A DNA stretch of 64,000 nucleotides from the human T2T-CHM13v2.0 reference genome, Homo sapiens, in the NCBI GenBank assembly GCA_009914755.4, contig CP068257.2, positions 7,104,001-7,168,000 on the forward strand, written 5' to 3'. The notes beneath the pieces are model-generated. The model was not told the origin of the DNA, made no database searches, and worked only from the letters and a program-made list of their open reading frames with translations. Of the stretch, positions 15,801-31,090 are shown in pieces. The position numbers and the translations under genes were made by a program. Numbering within the stretch: position 1 is the stretch's first letter; each line of letters starts with the position of its first letter.

Positions 15801-18800
15801 AGAATGGAAAGGAATGGAATAGAATGGAATGGAATGCGAAGGAATGGAATTGAGTGGGATGGAATGGAGTGGAAAGGACTCTAATGGAATGGAATGGAAT
15901 GGACTCGAATGGAATGGAATGGAAGAGAATGGACTTGAATGAGATGGAATGTAATGGAAAGGACTCTAATGGAATGAAATGTAATGGACCCAAATTAATG
16001 GAATGGAATGGAATGGAATGGAAAAGGTATGGAATGGAATTGACCCGAATGGAATGGAATGGACTCAAATGGAATGAAATGTAATGTAATGGAATGGAAG
16101 GGACTCGAATGGAATGGAAGGGAATGGACTCGAAAGGAATGGAATAGAATGGAAAGGAATGGAATGGATTCTAATGGAAAGGAATTGAAAGGAAACAACT
16201 TGAGTGAAATGGAATAGTATGGAATGGAATGCACTCAAATGGAATGGAATGGAATGGAATCTAATGGAATCGAAAGGAATGGACTCCAATGGAATTGAAT
16301 AGAGTGCAGTAAACTCGAATGGAATGGAGTGGAATGTATATGAATGGCATGGAATGGAATGGATTGGAATGGAACGGAATGGACTTGAATGGAATAGAAT
16401 GGAAGGGAATGGAATGGACTCGAAGGAAATGGAAAAGAATGCACTTGAATGGAATGTAATGGACTCAAATGTATTGTAATAGAATGGACTCGAATGGAAT
16501 GGAATGCAATGGAATGGACTCAAGTGGAATGCAATGGACTCGAATGGAATAGAATGGACTCGAATGGAATGGAATGGACACGAATGGAAAGTAATGGAAT
16601 GGAATGGAATGGACTCTAATGGAATCGAATGGAAAGTAATGGAATGGAATGGAATGGAGTGTAATGGAATGGAATGGAGTGGAATGGAATGGAAAGGAAT
16701 GGACTTGAATGGAATAGATTGGAAACGAATGGAATAGACTCGAATGAATTGGAATGGAATGGACACCAATGGAATAGAATTGACTCGACTGGAATGGAAT
16801 GAATTGGAGTGGACTCAGATGCAATGGAGTGGAATGGATTCGAATGGAATCGAATGGAATTGAGTAGAATGGAATAGAAAGTAATGGACTCGAATGGATT
16901 GGAATATAATGGAATGGACCCAAATGGAATGGAGTGGAATGGATTCGAAAGGAATTCGAATGGAATTGAATGGATTTGAATTGAATGGAATGGACTAGAA
17001 AGGAATGGAGTGGAATGGACTCGAATGGAATTTAATGGACTCGAATGGAATGGAATGGACCGTAATGGAATGGAATGGAATTGAGTGGAATGGAATTGAG
17101 TGGAATGGAATTTAATGGAATGGAGAGGAATGGAATGGAATGGAATGGAATGGAATGGAATGGAATGGAATGGAATGGAATTCAATAGAATGGACTGGAA
17201 TGGAATGGAATGGAATGGAATTCAATAGAATGGACTGGAATGGATTGGAATTGAAAGGAATGGAATGGTCTTGAATGCAGTGGAATGGACTCCAATGGAA
17301 TGGAATGGAATGCAATGGAATGGACTCGAATGTATTTGAGTGGAATTTACTGGATTGGAATCTAATGTTATGGACTCTAATGGACTGGAATGGAATGTCC
17401 TCAAATGGAATAGAATGGAATGGAATGGACTTCAATGGAAAGGAATGGAATGGACATGAAACGTATGGAATGGAATTGGATGGAATGGAATGGACTGGAA
17501 TGGAAGGGAATGGAATTGATTGGAATGGAACGCAATGGACTTGAATGAAATAGAATTGAATGGAATGGAATGGACACGAATGAAATTAAAAGGAAAGTAT
17601 TCAAATGCAATGCAATGGACTCGAATATAATGGAATGGAATGGAATCAAATCGAATGGAACAGAATGGAATGGAATGGAATGGAATGGAATGTACTTGAA
17701 TGGAACAGAATGGAATGTAATGGAATTTACTCAAATGGAATCGAATTGAATGGACACGAATGGAAAGGAATGAAACGGAATGGAATGGAATGGAACGGAA
17801 TGGAATGGAATGGACTGGAATGGAAAGGAAAGGACTTGAATGCAGTACAATGGAGTAGAAGGGAATGGACTCGAATTAAATGGAATGGAAAGGACTTGAA
17901 AGTAATGCAATGGATTCAAATGGAATGTATTGGAATGGAATGGACTCCAATGGAATGGAATGGAATGGACTCAAGTGGAATGGAATGGAATAGACTCGAA
18001 TAGAATATAATGGAAAGGATTGGGCTCGAATGGAATGGAATGGACACGAATGGAATGGAATAGAGTGAAATGGAATGGACTGGAATGGAATGGACTTAAA
18101 TGGAATACAATGCAATGGAAAGGACTGAACTGGAATGAAGTGGAATGGAAAGGACTTGAATGGAATGCAATGAACACGAGAGGAATGGAATGGAATGGAC
18201 TCGAATGGAATGGAATGGACTCGAATAGAATGGAGTTTAATGGATTCAAATGGAATGGAATGGAATTGAATGGACTCGAGTCTAATGGAATGTAATGGTA
18301 TGTAATGGACTCGAATGGAATGGAATGGAATGCAATCAAAGGGACTCGAATGAAATGTAATGGAATGGAGTTGAATTTAATGCAATGGATTCTAATGGAA
18401 CGGAATGGATTCAAATGTTACGGAACAGAATTGAATGGACTTGAAAGGAATTGAATGGAATGGAATGGACTCGATAGGAATGGAAAGGAAGGGAACCGAA
18501 TCGAATGGAAGGGAATGGAATGGAATCCAATGGAATGAAATGGTCTCGAAGGGAATGGAATGGAATGAAAATGACTCGAGTGGAATGGAATGGAATGGAA
18601 TGGAATGGAATGGAATGGAATGGAATGAAACGAAATGGACTCTAATGGGATAGAATGGCATTGAATGGACTCTAATGGAATGGAATGGAATGGACTGGAA
18701 TGAAATGCAGTTGAATTGAATGGATCTGAAAGGAATGGAACAGAATGGAATAGAATGGAATGGAATGGAATGGAATGGACTTGAATGGGATGGAATGGAA

Positions 18801-19899
18801 TGGAATGAAATGGACTCGAATGGAATACAATGGAATTTAAATGAATAGAATCTATTGGAATGGAATGGAATGGTCTCGAATGGAATAGAATGGAATAGAC
18901 TCGAATGGAATGGAATTAAATAGAATACAATGGACACGAATGGAATGGAATGGAATGCAATAACATGGAATGGTATGGATTGGAATGGATTTGAATGGAA
19001 CAGAATGGGAGGGAATGGAATGAATTCAAAAGGAAAGGAATGGAACGGAATGCAATGGAATGGAAAGGCCACGAGTGGAATGGAATGGAATGAAATAGAA
19101 TAGATTGCAATTTAGTGAAATGCACTCTAAATGAATTGAATGGAATGGACTTGAATGCAATAGAATGGAATGGAATCGAATGGAATGAAATGGAATGGAC
19201 TTGAATGGAAAAGAATAGAATGGAGTGGAACGGAATGGATTAGAATGGAATTGAGTTTAATAGACTCGAATGGAATGGAATGTAAGTAAAAGGACAGGAA
19301 TGGAAAGGAATGTAATGGAATGGAATGGAAAAGAATGGTATGGAAAGAATGGAATGCAATAGAATGGAATGGAATGGATTGGAATGGAATGGACTCGAAT
19401 GGAATGTAATGGAATCGACCCAAATAGAATGTAAAGGAATGGAATAGACTCGAAAGGAATGGAAAGGAATGGAATGGACTCGAATGGAATGGACTCGAAG
19501 GGAATGGTATGTAATGGCATCCAATGGAATGGAATGGAATGGACTCTATTGAAATAGAATGTACCCAAATGGAATGGAATGGAGTGGAATGGAATGGAAT
19601 GCAACGGAGAGGAATGGAGAGGAATGGAATGGAATGGAGAGGAATGGAATGGAATGGAATGGAATAGATTGGAATGGAATTGATTGGAATAGAATGGAAT
19701 GGAAAGGAATGGACTCAAACGGAATGGAATGCGGTCGAATGGAATGAAATGAAATGGAATGACCTCGAATGGAATAGAATGGAATTTACTGGATTGGAAA
19801 CCAATGGAATGGACTCGAATGGAATGGAATGGAATGGACTCGAATGGAATGGAATGGTATGGACTCGAATGGAATTAAATGGAATGGGATGGACTCGAA

Positions 19900-22800
19900 T
19901 GGAATGGAATGGAATGGACTCAAATGGAAAAAGAGTGGATTGGAACGGCCTCGAATGAAATGGAATGGAATGGAGTCAAATGGAATGGTATGGACTCAAA
20001 CGGAGTGGAGCCGAATGGATTCGAATGGAATGGACTGGAATGGAATGGAATGAATTCGAATGGAATGGAATGGAATGGAATGAAATGGACTCAAATGGAA
20101 TGGCATGGAAAGGACTCGAATGGAATGGAAAGAAATGGAATGGAATGGAATGAAATAGAATGGACCCGAAGGAAATGGAATGGAATAGAGTCGATTTGAA
20201 TGAAATGGAATGGAATGGTCCCGAATGAAATGGAATGCAGTGGAATCGACTGGAAAGGCATGAAATGGAATGGAATAAACTCGAATGGAATGGAATGGAG
20301 TCGAATGGAACGTAATGGAATGGACCCGAATGGAATGGAATGTAATGGAATAGAATAGAATGGAACAGAATGGATTGGAATAGAATGGAATTGAAAGGAG
20401 TGGACTCAAGTGGAATGGAATGGAATGGACTCGAATGGAATAGAATGGAATTTACTGGATTGGAATCCAACGGAATTGACTCTACTGAAATAGAGTGGAA
20501 TGGACTCAAATGGAATGGAATGGAATGGAATGGCATGGAATGGAATGGAATGGAATAGAGTTGAATGTAATAGAACGGAATGGAAAGGAATGGACTGTAA
20601 TGAAATGGAATGGAATGGAGACGAATGGAATGGAATAGAATGGAACAGAATGGAATGGACTCGAAAGGAATGGCATGGACTCAAATGGAATGCAATCAAA
20701 TGGACTCAAATGCAATAGAATGGAATGGAATGGAATGGAGTGTAATGGAAAAAAATGGAATGCAATGGAATGGACTTGAGTGGAAGAGAATGGAAAGGAA
20801 TAAAATGGACTCGAATGACATGGAATAGAATGGAATCAAATGGAATGGAATGGACTCTAGTTGATTTTAATGGAATAGAATGGACTCGATTGGAATGGAG
20901 TGGAATGGAGTGGAATGGGTTTCAATGGAATGGAAGGGAATTGAATGGATTCGTGTAGAACGGAATGTAATGGTATGGAATGGACTCAAATGGAGAGGAA
21001 GGAAATGGAATGGAATGGAAAGAAATGGACTCGAGAGGAATGGGATGGAATGGAATGGAATGAAATGGAATGGAATTGAATATAATTTAATGGATTGGAA
21101 TGGAATGGAATGAAATCAAATGCAATGGAATGTACTCGAATGGAATGGAATGGAAAGGACTCAAATGGAATAGAATGGAATTGTCCGGATTGAAATCTAA
21201 TGGTATAGACTCGAATGGAATGGAATGGACTCAAATGGAAGAGAATGGAATGGAATGGACTCAAGCGGAATGGAATGGTATGGACACAAAATGTATGGAA
21301 TGGAATGGGATGGAATGGAATGGATTGGAATGGACGGAATGGAACAGAGTGGAATAGAATGGAATGGACTTGAATGGAATAAAATGGAATGGAAAGGAAT
21401 GGACTAGAATTAAATGGAATGGAGAAGACTGAAATGCAATGGAATGGACTTGAATGGAATGGAATGGAATGGATAGGACTGAAATGCAATGGAATGGACT
21501 GGAATGGAATATAATGGAATGGAATGGACTCGAATGGAATGGAATGGAATGTACTCAATTGGAATGGAATGGACTCGAATGAAATGGAATGCAGTGGAAT
21601 GTAGTAGAATGGCATGCATTGGAATGGAATACACTCTAATGGAATGGAATGGAATGGAATCGAATCAAATGGAATCGAATGGACAGGAATGGAATGGACC
21701 CGAATGGAATTGAAAGGAATGGAATGGAGAGGAATAGAAGGGCATTGAATGGATTGGAATGGAATGGAATGGAATGAAATGGAATAAAATGGAATGGGAT
21801 GGACACAAATGGAATGGAATGGACTCTAATGGAAGAGAGTGGATTGGAATGGACTCGAATGGAATGGTTTAGATTCGAACGGTGTGGAGACGAATGGATT
21901 AGAAAGGATTGGACTAGAATGGAATGGAATGAACTCGAGTGGAATGCAACGGAATGGAATGAAACGGACTCAAATGGAATGGCATTGAATGGACTCGAAT
22001 GGAATGGACTCGAATGGAATGGAATGGAATGGAATGGAATTGAATGAAAAGGAATGGAATGGAATGGAATGGAGCCGAATGAAATGGAATGCAGTGGAAT
22101 CGACTGGAATGGCATGAAATGGAATGGAATAAACTCGAATGGAATGGAATGGATTCGAATGGAAGGTAATGGAATGGACCCGAATGGAATGGAATGTAAT
22201 GGAATAGAATAGAATGGAACAGAATGGATTGGAATAGAATGGAATTGTATGGAGTAGACTCAAGTGGAATGGAATGGAATGGACTTGAATGGAAGAGAAT
22301 GGAATTTACTGGATTGGAGTCTAACGGAATTGACTCTACTGAAATGGAATGAAATGGACTCGAATGGAATGGAATGGAATGGAATGGAGTAGAGTTGAAT
22401 GCAATAGAACGGAATGGAAAGGAATGGACTCTAATGAAATGGAATGGAATGGAGTCGAATGGAATGGAATAGAATGGAACGGATTGGAATGGACTCAAAT
22501 GGAATGAATGGAATGGACTCAAATGCAATAGAATGGAATGGAATGGAATGGACTCGAATGGAATGGACAGGAATGGAATGGAATGGAATGGAATGGAGTG
22601 TAATGGAATGGAATGGAAAGCAATGGAATGGACTTGAGTGGAATAGAATGGAAAGGAATGGAATGGACTCTAATGACGTGGAATAGAATGGAATCAAATG
22701 GAATGGAGTGGAATCTAGTTGAATTTAATGGAGTAGAAAGGACTTGATTGGAATGGAGTGGAATGGAGTGGAATGGCTTTCAATGGAATGGAAGGGAATT

Positions 22801-25300
22801 GAATGGATTCGAGTGGAACAGAATGTAGTGGTTTGGAATGGACTAAATGGAGTCGAAACAAATGGAATGGAATGGAATGAAACGGACTCAAAAGGAATGG
22901 AATGAAATGGAATGGAATGGAATGGAATGGAATGGAATGGACTCAAATGCAATGGAATGTACTCGAATGGAATGGAATGGAATGCAATGGAAAGGACTCA
23001 AATGGAATAGAATGGAATTTTCCGGATTGAAATCTAATGGTATGGAATCTAATGGAATGGAATGGAACGGACTCCAATGGAAGAGAGTGGAATGGAATGC
23101 ACTCGAATGGAAGAGAATGTAATGGAATGGACTCAAAGGGAATGGAGTAGAATGAACACGAAATGTATGGAATGGAATGGGATGGAATGGAATGGACTGA
23201 TATGGAAGGAATCGAACGGAGTGGAAAAGAATGGAATGCAATTGAATGGAATAAAATGGAATGGAAAGCAATTGACTAGAATGAAATGGAATGGATAGGA
23301 CTGAAATGCAATGGAAAGGACTCGAATGGAATGGAATGGATAGGACTGAAATGCAATGGAATGGACTCGAATGGAATATAATGGAATGGAATGGAATGGA
23401 CTCGAATGGAATGGAATGGACTCAAATGGAATGGAATGGACTCGAATGAAATGGAATGCAGTAGAATGTAGTAGAATGGCATGCATTGGAATGGAATATA
23501 CTCTAATGGAATGGAATGGAATGGAATGGAATCGAAAGGACAGGAATGGAATGGACCCAAATGGAATTGAAAGGAATGGAATGGAATGGAGAGGAACGGA
23601 AGGGCATTGAATGGATTGGAATTCAATAGAATGGAATGAAATGGAATAAAATGGAATGGGATGGACTCGAATGGAATGGAATGGAATGGACTCTAATGGA
23701 AGAGAGTGGATTGGAATGGACTTGAATGCAAAGGAATGGAATGGACTCTAATGGAATGGTTTGGATTTGAACAGTGTGGAGACGAATGGATTCGAATGGA
23801 ATGGGCTGGAATGGAATGGAATGAACTCAAATGGAATGGAATGGAATGGAATGAAATGGACTCAAATGGAATTGCATGGAATGGACTCGAATGGAATGGA
23901 ATGGAATGGAATGGCGTGGAATGGAATGGAATGGACTCGAATGGAAAGCAGTTCAATTGAATGTACCTGAAACGTATGGATTGGAATGGAATGGAATGGA
24001 ATGAAATGGATTCGAATGGAATGGAAAGGAATGGAATGGACTCAAATGAAATGGAATGGACCTGAATGGAATGGAATGCAATAAAATCGACTCGAGTGGA
24101 ATGTAATGCAATGGACTCGAATTAAATGGAATGCAGTGGAATGGACTGGAATGGCATGCAATGGAATGAAATAAACTTGAAAGGTAAGGAACGGAATAGA
24201 ATGGACTCGAAAGGATGGGAATGGAATGGACTTGAATGGAATGGAATGGAATGGAATAGAATGGAACAGAATGGATTAGTAGAGAATGGAATTGAATGGA
24301 GTGGACTCAAGTGGAATGGAATGGAATGGACTCGAATAGAATAGAATGGAATTTATTGGATTGGAATCTAACGGAATTGACTCTAACGAAATGGAATGGA
24401 ATAGACTCGAATGGAAGCGAACGGAATGGAATGGACTCGAACAGAATGGAATGGAATGGAACGGAATGGAATGGCATGGAATGGAATGCAATAGAATGGA
24501 ATTGATTGGAATGGACTCAAATAAAATGGAATGGAATGGAGTCAACTGCAATGGAATGGACTCGAATGGAATGGAAAGGAATGGACTCAAGTGGAATGCA
24601 ATGGAATGGAATCGAATGCAATAGAATGTAATGGAATGGACTCAAATGGAATGGAATGGAACGGAATCGAATGAAATAGAATGGAATGGAATGGACTGGA
24701 ATGGAATGGAATGGAATAGAATGGAATGGACTTGAATGGATTAGAATGGAAAGGAATGGAATGGACTCGAATGATATGGAATAGAATTGACTTGAATGGA
24801 ATGGAAAATGGACTCTAGTTGAATTTAATGGAATAGAATGGACTCGATTGGAATGGAATTGATTGGGTTTCAATGGAATGGAAGGGAGTTGAATGGATTT
24901 GAGTCGAATGGAATGTAATGGTATGGAATGGACTCGAATAGAATGGAATGGAATGGAATGGACTCGAATGCAATTAAATGTACTCGAATGCAATTAAATG
25001 TACTCGAATGAAATGGAATGGAATACAGTGGAATGGACTCAAATGGAATAGAGTGAAATTTTCCGGTTTGTAATCTAATGGTATGGACTCTATTGGAATG
25101 GAATGGAATGGACTCGAATGGAAGAGAATAGAATAGAATGGATTCAAATGGAATAGAATGGAATGGACACGAAAGATACAGAATGGAATGGGATGGAATG
25201 GAATGGACTGGAAGGGAAGGGAATTGAGTGGAGTGGAATGTAACGGAATGGACATGAATGGAATAAAATGGAATGGAGAGGAATGGATTCGAATCAAATG
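19900..25300 (+). repeat. Higher-order repeat with period of about 1.85-2.05 kb, at least 2.8 copies
   Basis: The marker ttccgg(a/t)ttg(a/t)aatctaatggtat occurs at 21,185, 23,021 and 25,062, giving offsets of 1,836 and 2,041. The sequence tggacccgaatggaatggaatgtaatggaatagaatagaatggaacagaatggattgg occurs at 20,321 and 22,174, offset 1,853, with a related copy near 24,250. The TTTACTGGATTGG marker lies at 20,450, 22,300 and 24,355. The ORF-track peptides at 21489-21713 and 23356-23610 are near-identical, as are those at 19976-20536 and 21914-22528. The ends are approximate. Confidence 0.65.
24971..25010 (+). repeat. 20-bp tandem duplicate
   Basis: The sequence caattaaatgtactcgaatg occurs twice in tandem. 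Confidence 0.85.
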
Positions 25301-26490
25301 GAATGGAAAGGACTCAAATGCCATGGAAAAGATTTGAATGGAAAGTAATGGAAAGGAACGTACTCAAATGGAATGAAATGGAATGGACTCAAATGGAATG
25401 GAATGGACTCAAATGAAATGGAATGCAGTGGAATGTATTCGAATGGCATGCAATGGAAGGGAATATACTCGAATGGAATGGACTTGAATGGAATGGAATG
25501 GAATGGACCCAAATGGGATGGAATGGAATGGAATGGAATGGAATGGAATGGAATGGAATTGAATGGAATGGATAGCAATGGAATGGAATGGAATGGATTT
25601 TAATGGAATGGAATGGAAGAGAATGGACACGAATGGAATAGAATGGAACTGACTCGAATGGAATTCAATGGAATGAATGCCAATGGAATGGAATAGATTA
25701 GAATGGAATGGAATGGAAATGAAAAGACTCACGTGGAATGGAATGGAATGGAATGGAATGGAATGGAATGGAATGGATTGCACTCGAATGGAATGGAATG
25801 GAATTGACTCAAATGTAATAGAAAGGAATGGACTCAAATGGAATGGAATGGAATCGAATGGAATGTACTCTAATACAATGGAGTGGAATGGACTCGAATG
25901 GAATCAAAATGAATTAAATGGACTGGAATCGAATGGAATGGAACAGACGCGAATGGAATGGAAAGGAATGTAATGGACACGAATGGAATGGAATGCAATG
26001 GAAAGGAATGGAATGGAATGGAATGGAATGGAACGGAATGGAACGGAATGGGATTGAATGGTGTGGATTAGAATGGGCTTGAATGGAACAGAAAGGGATG
26101 GAATGGAATGAATATAAAAGGAATGGAATGGAATGGACTCCAATGGAAGGAAAGGCCATGAATTGAATGGAATGGAAGGGAACTGACTCGAATGGAATAG
26201 ATTGGAATTTAGTGGAATGGACTCTATTAGAATGCAATGGAATGCATTTGAATGGAATGGAATTGAATGCAATGGATTCAAAAGGAATGCAATTGAATGG
26301 ACCCAAATAGAATGTAATGGAATGGAATAGACTCTAAAGGAATGGAATGGAACGTAATGGAATGGAATTGACTCGAATGGAATGAAATTTAAAGGATTTG
26401 AATGGAATGATATTTAATGGTATCGAATGGAATGGAATGGAATGAACTCGAATGAAATGGATTGGATGCAAATGGAATGGAATGGAATAG

Positions 26491-26625
26491 AATGGAATGG
26501 AATGGAATGGAGTAGATTTGAATGGAATAGAACGGAATGGAATTGATTGGAATGGAATGGAATGGAATGGAGTAGATTTGAATGGAATAGAACGGAATGG
26601 AATTGATTGGAATGGAATGGAATGG
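26491..26625 (+). repeat. Local tandem duplication, 60-bp unit, about 2.2 copies
   Basis: The sequence aatggaatggaatggaatggagtagatttgaatggaatagaacggaatggaattgattgg occurs at 26,491 and 26,551, with a partial third copy. Confidence 0.8.
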
Positions 26626-29600
26626 CATGCAATGGAATCGAATAGAATGGACTCGAAATGAATGGAATGGAATCGAAGGGAATGAAATGAAATGGAATGG
26701 GCTCGAATGGAATAGTATGGAATTTACTGGATTGGAGTCCACTGGAATGGACTCTAATGGAATGGAATGTACTCCAGTGGAATAGAATGAAATTATATGG
26801 TCTCAAATTGAATGGAACGGAATGGACTTGAATGGAAGAGAATGGAATTGAATGGAATGGACAAGAATGAAATGGAATGGAATGGACTCGAATGGAATGG
26901 AACCTAAAGGAATGGAATAGAATGGAATGGACCCGAATGGAATGGATAGGAATGCAATGGAATCGAATGTGATGGAATGTATTGGAATGGACTCGAATGG
27001 AATGGATAGGAATGGACCCGAACGGAATGGAAAGGAATGGTCTCGAGTGGAAAGGAATGGAATGTCATGGACTTGAGTGGAATGGAATAGACTCGAATAG
27101 AATGGAAAGGAATGGACCAGAATGGGATGGAATGGAATGGACCGGAATGGTATGGTATGGAATGGAATGGATTTGAATGAATAGAATTGAATGGAGTGGA
27201 ATGGACTTGAAAGAATTGGAATGGAATGCAATCGAATAGAATGGAATAGACATGAATGGAATGGAATGGATTGGAATGGAATGAACTCGAATGGAATACA
27301 ATGGAATGTAATGGAATGGACTCTAATGGAATGGAATGGAATAGACTTGAATGGAATAGAATGGAAGAGGCGCGAATGGAATAGAATGGAATGGACTCGA
27401 GTACAATGGAATGGATTCAAAAGGAATAGAATGGAATGGACCTCAATGGAATGGAGAGAATGGAGTGGAATGGAATAAAATGGAATGGAGAGGAATTGAA
27501 TAGAATGAAATGAAATGGACTCAAAAGGAATGAAATGTTATTGAATGGAATGGAATGGAATAGAATAGACTCGAAGGGAATGTAATTAAATGGAATCGAA
27601 AAGAGAGGAATGGCATTGAATGGAATGTTATGGAATGGAATGGAATGGAATAGAAAGGAATGGAATGGAGTGTAATGGATTAGAATGGAATGGAATAGAC
27701 TTGAAGGGAATGTAATTAAATGGAATCGAAAGAGTGGAATGGCATCGAATGGAATGTTATAGAATGGAATGGAATGGAATAGAAAGCAATGGAATGGATT
27801 GGAATGGAATGGAACAAAAAGGAATGGACTCGAAAGGAAAGGAATGGACTCCAATGGAAACGAATGAAATGGAATGGACTCGAATGGAATACAGTGGAAT
27901 TTACTGGATTGGAATATAATGGTATGGACTCTAATGGAATGGAAAGGAATGGAATCGAATGGAATAGAATGGAATGGAATTGACTTGAATGGAATGGAAG
28001 GGAATGGAGTGGAATGGAACGGAATGGGCTTCGATGGAATAGAATGAATTAGAATGGAATGCACTCAAATGAAATGAAATGGAAAGGACTCGAATGCAAT
28101 GGAATGGACTTGAATGTACTGAAATTGATTGGAATCGACATGAAGGGAATGGAATGGAATGGACTCAAGTGGAATGGAAAGGAACGGACTCGAACGGAAT
28201 ATAATGGAATGGAAAGGATTCGAAAGGAATGGAATGGAATGGACAGGAAAAGAATTGAATGGGATTGGAATGGAATCGAATGGAAGGGAACCGAATGGAA
28301 CTGAATGGAATAGAATGGAATGGACCACACTCGAATGGAATGGAATGGACACGAATGGAATGAAATGGAGCGGAATGGAATGGAATGGAATGGAATGGAA
28401 TGGAATGGAATGGAATATCATGGTTTGGAATGGAATGGACTTGAATGAAATGGAATGGAATGGACTCGAATGGAATAGAATGGACTCGAGTGGAAAGGAA
28501 AAAAATGGACTCGAATGGAATGGAATGGAATGGACAGGAATGGAATGAAATGGAAAGGAGTCAGAATGGAATGGAATGGAATGGAATGGAAAGGAATGGA
28601 CCCGAATAGCATGGAATAGAATGCAAAGGAATGGACTAGAATGGAATGGAATAGAATGGAATCGAATGGACTTCAATGGACTTGAAAACAATGGAATGGA
28701 AGACAATGGAATGGAATCAAATGGAATGCAATGGAATTGACTCAAATTCAATTGAACGGAGAGGTCACAAAAGGAAATGGTGGAATGGAACAGACTGGAA
28801 TTTAATGGAAAGGAATCAATTGGGCTGAAATGGAATGGAATTGAATGGACACAAATCGAATGGAATGTAAAGGAATGGAATGGACTCGAATGGAATGGAA
28901 TCGAATGGAATGGTCTCCAGTGGAATGGAATAGACTCCAAAGGAATGGAATTGACTGGACCCGAATTGAATGAAGAAAATGGAGTGCAATGGAATAGAAT
29001 TGAATGGAGAGGAATGGAATAGAATGAAATGAAACGGACTCAAAAGAAATGGAATGGTATTGAATGGAATGGAATGGAAAGGATTGGAATGGAATGAATG
29101 GAATCAAAAGGAATGGAATGGAATGGACCCAAGTGGAATGGAATGTAGTGGAATGGAATAGAATGGAATGAAATAGACTCCAAGGGAATGTAATGAAATG
29201 GACACGAAAAGTATGGAATGGCATGGAATGGAATGGAATGGAATGGAATAGAATGGAATGGAATGGAATTGAAAGGAATGGCATGGATTGGAATGGAATG
29301 GAATGGAAAGGAGTGGACTCAAATGGAAAGGAATGGACTCGAATGGAATGGAATGAAATGGAATGGACTCTAATGGAATACAGTAGAATTTACTGGATTG
29401 GAATCTAATGGTATGGACTCTAATGAAATGGAATGGAATGGAATCGAATGGAATAAGATGGAATAGAAATGACTCAAATGGAATGGAATGGCATGGAGTG
29501 GAATGGAATGGAATGGTCTTCAATGGAATAGAATGGAGTGGAATGCAATGGACTCGAATGAAAAGGAAAGGAAACTACTCAAATGCAATGGAATGGACTC

Positions 29601-30727
29601 GAAAGGAAAGTAATTGATTGGAATGGATTCGAGTGGAATGGAATGGAATGAACTCAAGTGGAATGGAATGGACTCGAAAGGAATATAATGGAATGGATTG
29701 GATTCGAAAGGAATGGATTGGAATAGACACGAATGGAATGGAATGGAGTGGAATGGAATGGACCCGAATTGAATGGAATGGAATGGAATGGAATGGAATG
29801 GAATGGAAAGGAATGGAAAGGAACACCCTTGAATGGAATGGAATGGAATGGACACGAATGGAATGGAATGGAATGGAACGGAATGAAAAGGAACACACAT
29901 GAATGGAATTGAATGCAAAGGACACGAATGGAATGGAATGGAGTGGATTGGAATGACATGGAGTGGAATGGAATGGAATGGAATGGAACGGAATTGAATG
30001 GAATGGACTTGCATGAAATGGAATGGAATGGACTCAAATGGAATAGAATTGAATCGAGTGGAAAGGAATGGAATGGACTCGAATGGAATGGAATGGAATG
30101 GACTCGAATGGAATGGAATGGAATGGACTCGAATGGAATGGTATGGCATGGAAAGGTCTTGAATGGAATGGAATGGAATGGAATGGAATGAAGTGGCCTC
30201 GAATGGAATGGAATGGATTGGAATGGACTCGAATGAAATGGAATAGACTCGAATGGATTGGAAGAGAATGGAATCGACTAGAGTGCAATGGAATGGAATG
30301 GAATGGATTCGAATGGAATGGAATGAACCCGAATGGAATTGAACAGATTGGAACGGAACGGAGGGGAACGGAACGGAATGGACTCACATGGAATGGAATA
30401 GACTCGAATGGAATAGACTCGAATGCAATGAAATGCTTTGGAATGGACTCGAATACAATGGAATACAATGGACTTGAATGGAATTCAATGGACTCGAAAG
30501 GAATGGAATGGAATGCAATGGAATGGAATCAAATGGAATGCAATGGACTTGACTCGAATGGAATTGAATGGAGTGGCCACGAATGGAAGGTGTGGAATGG
30601 GATGGACTTGAATTGAATGGAAAGTAATGGAGTGGGCTCAAATGGAATGGAATGGAATGGAATTGAATGGACTAGAATCGAATGTAATGTAATGGAGTGG
30701 AATGGACAGGAATGGAATGGAATGGAA

Positions 30728-31090
30728 TGGAATTGAGTAGAATGCAAAGGACTCTAAAGGAATGTAATGGAATGGACCCAAATGGAATGGAGAGAATGGA
30801 GTGGAATGGAATAGAATGGAATGGAGAGGAATGGAATAGAATGAAATGAAATGGATTCAAATGGAATGGAATGGTATTGAATGGAATGGAATGGATTGGA
30901 ATGGAATGGAATGGAATGGAAGCGAGTAGAATGCAAAGGACTCGAAAAGAATGGAATGGAATGGACCCGAATGGAATGGAGAGAATGGAGTGGAATGGAA
31001 TAGAATGGAATGGAGAGGAATGGAATAGAATGAAATGAAATGGATTCAAATGGAATGGAATGGTATTGAATGGAATGGAATGGAATGGAA
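30728..31090 (+). repeat. Local tandem duplication, about 189-bp unit, 2 copies
   Basis: The sequence gagtagaatgcaaaggactc...atggaccc(a/g)aatggaatggagagaatggagtggaatggaatagaatggaatggagaggaatggaatagaatgaaatgaaatggattcaaatggaatggaatggtattgaatgg lies at about 30,735 and 30,924. The ORF-track peptide at 30672-31049 shows the internal repeat. Confidence 0.8.

Noticed and set aside
28740-28800. Short less-repetitive stretches such as ctcaaattcaattgaacggagaggtcacaaaaggaaatggtggaatgg at 28,741, agtggcgccctggagaggattgg at 49,441 and acttgcgactaagaggattgg at 38,620, considered as possible inserted unique sequence or transposable-element fragments
   Set aside because: Each is under 40 bp, still in 5-bp phase with the flanking units, and explainable by a few point substitutions of GGAAT units. 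There are no target-site duplications, poly-A tails or transposon-like ends.
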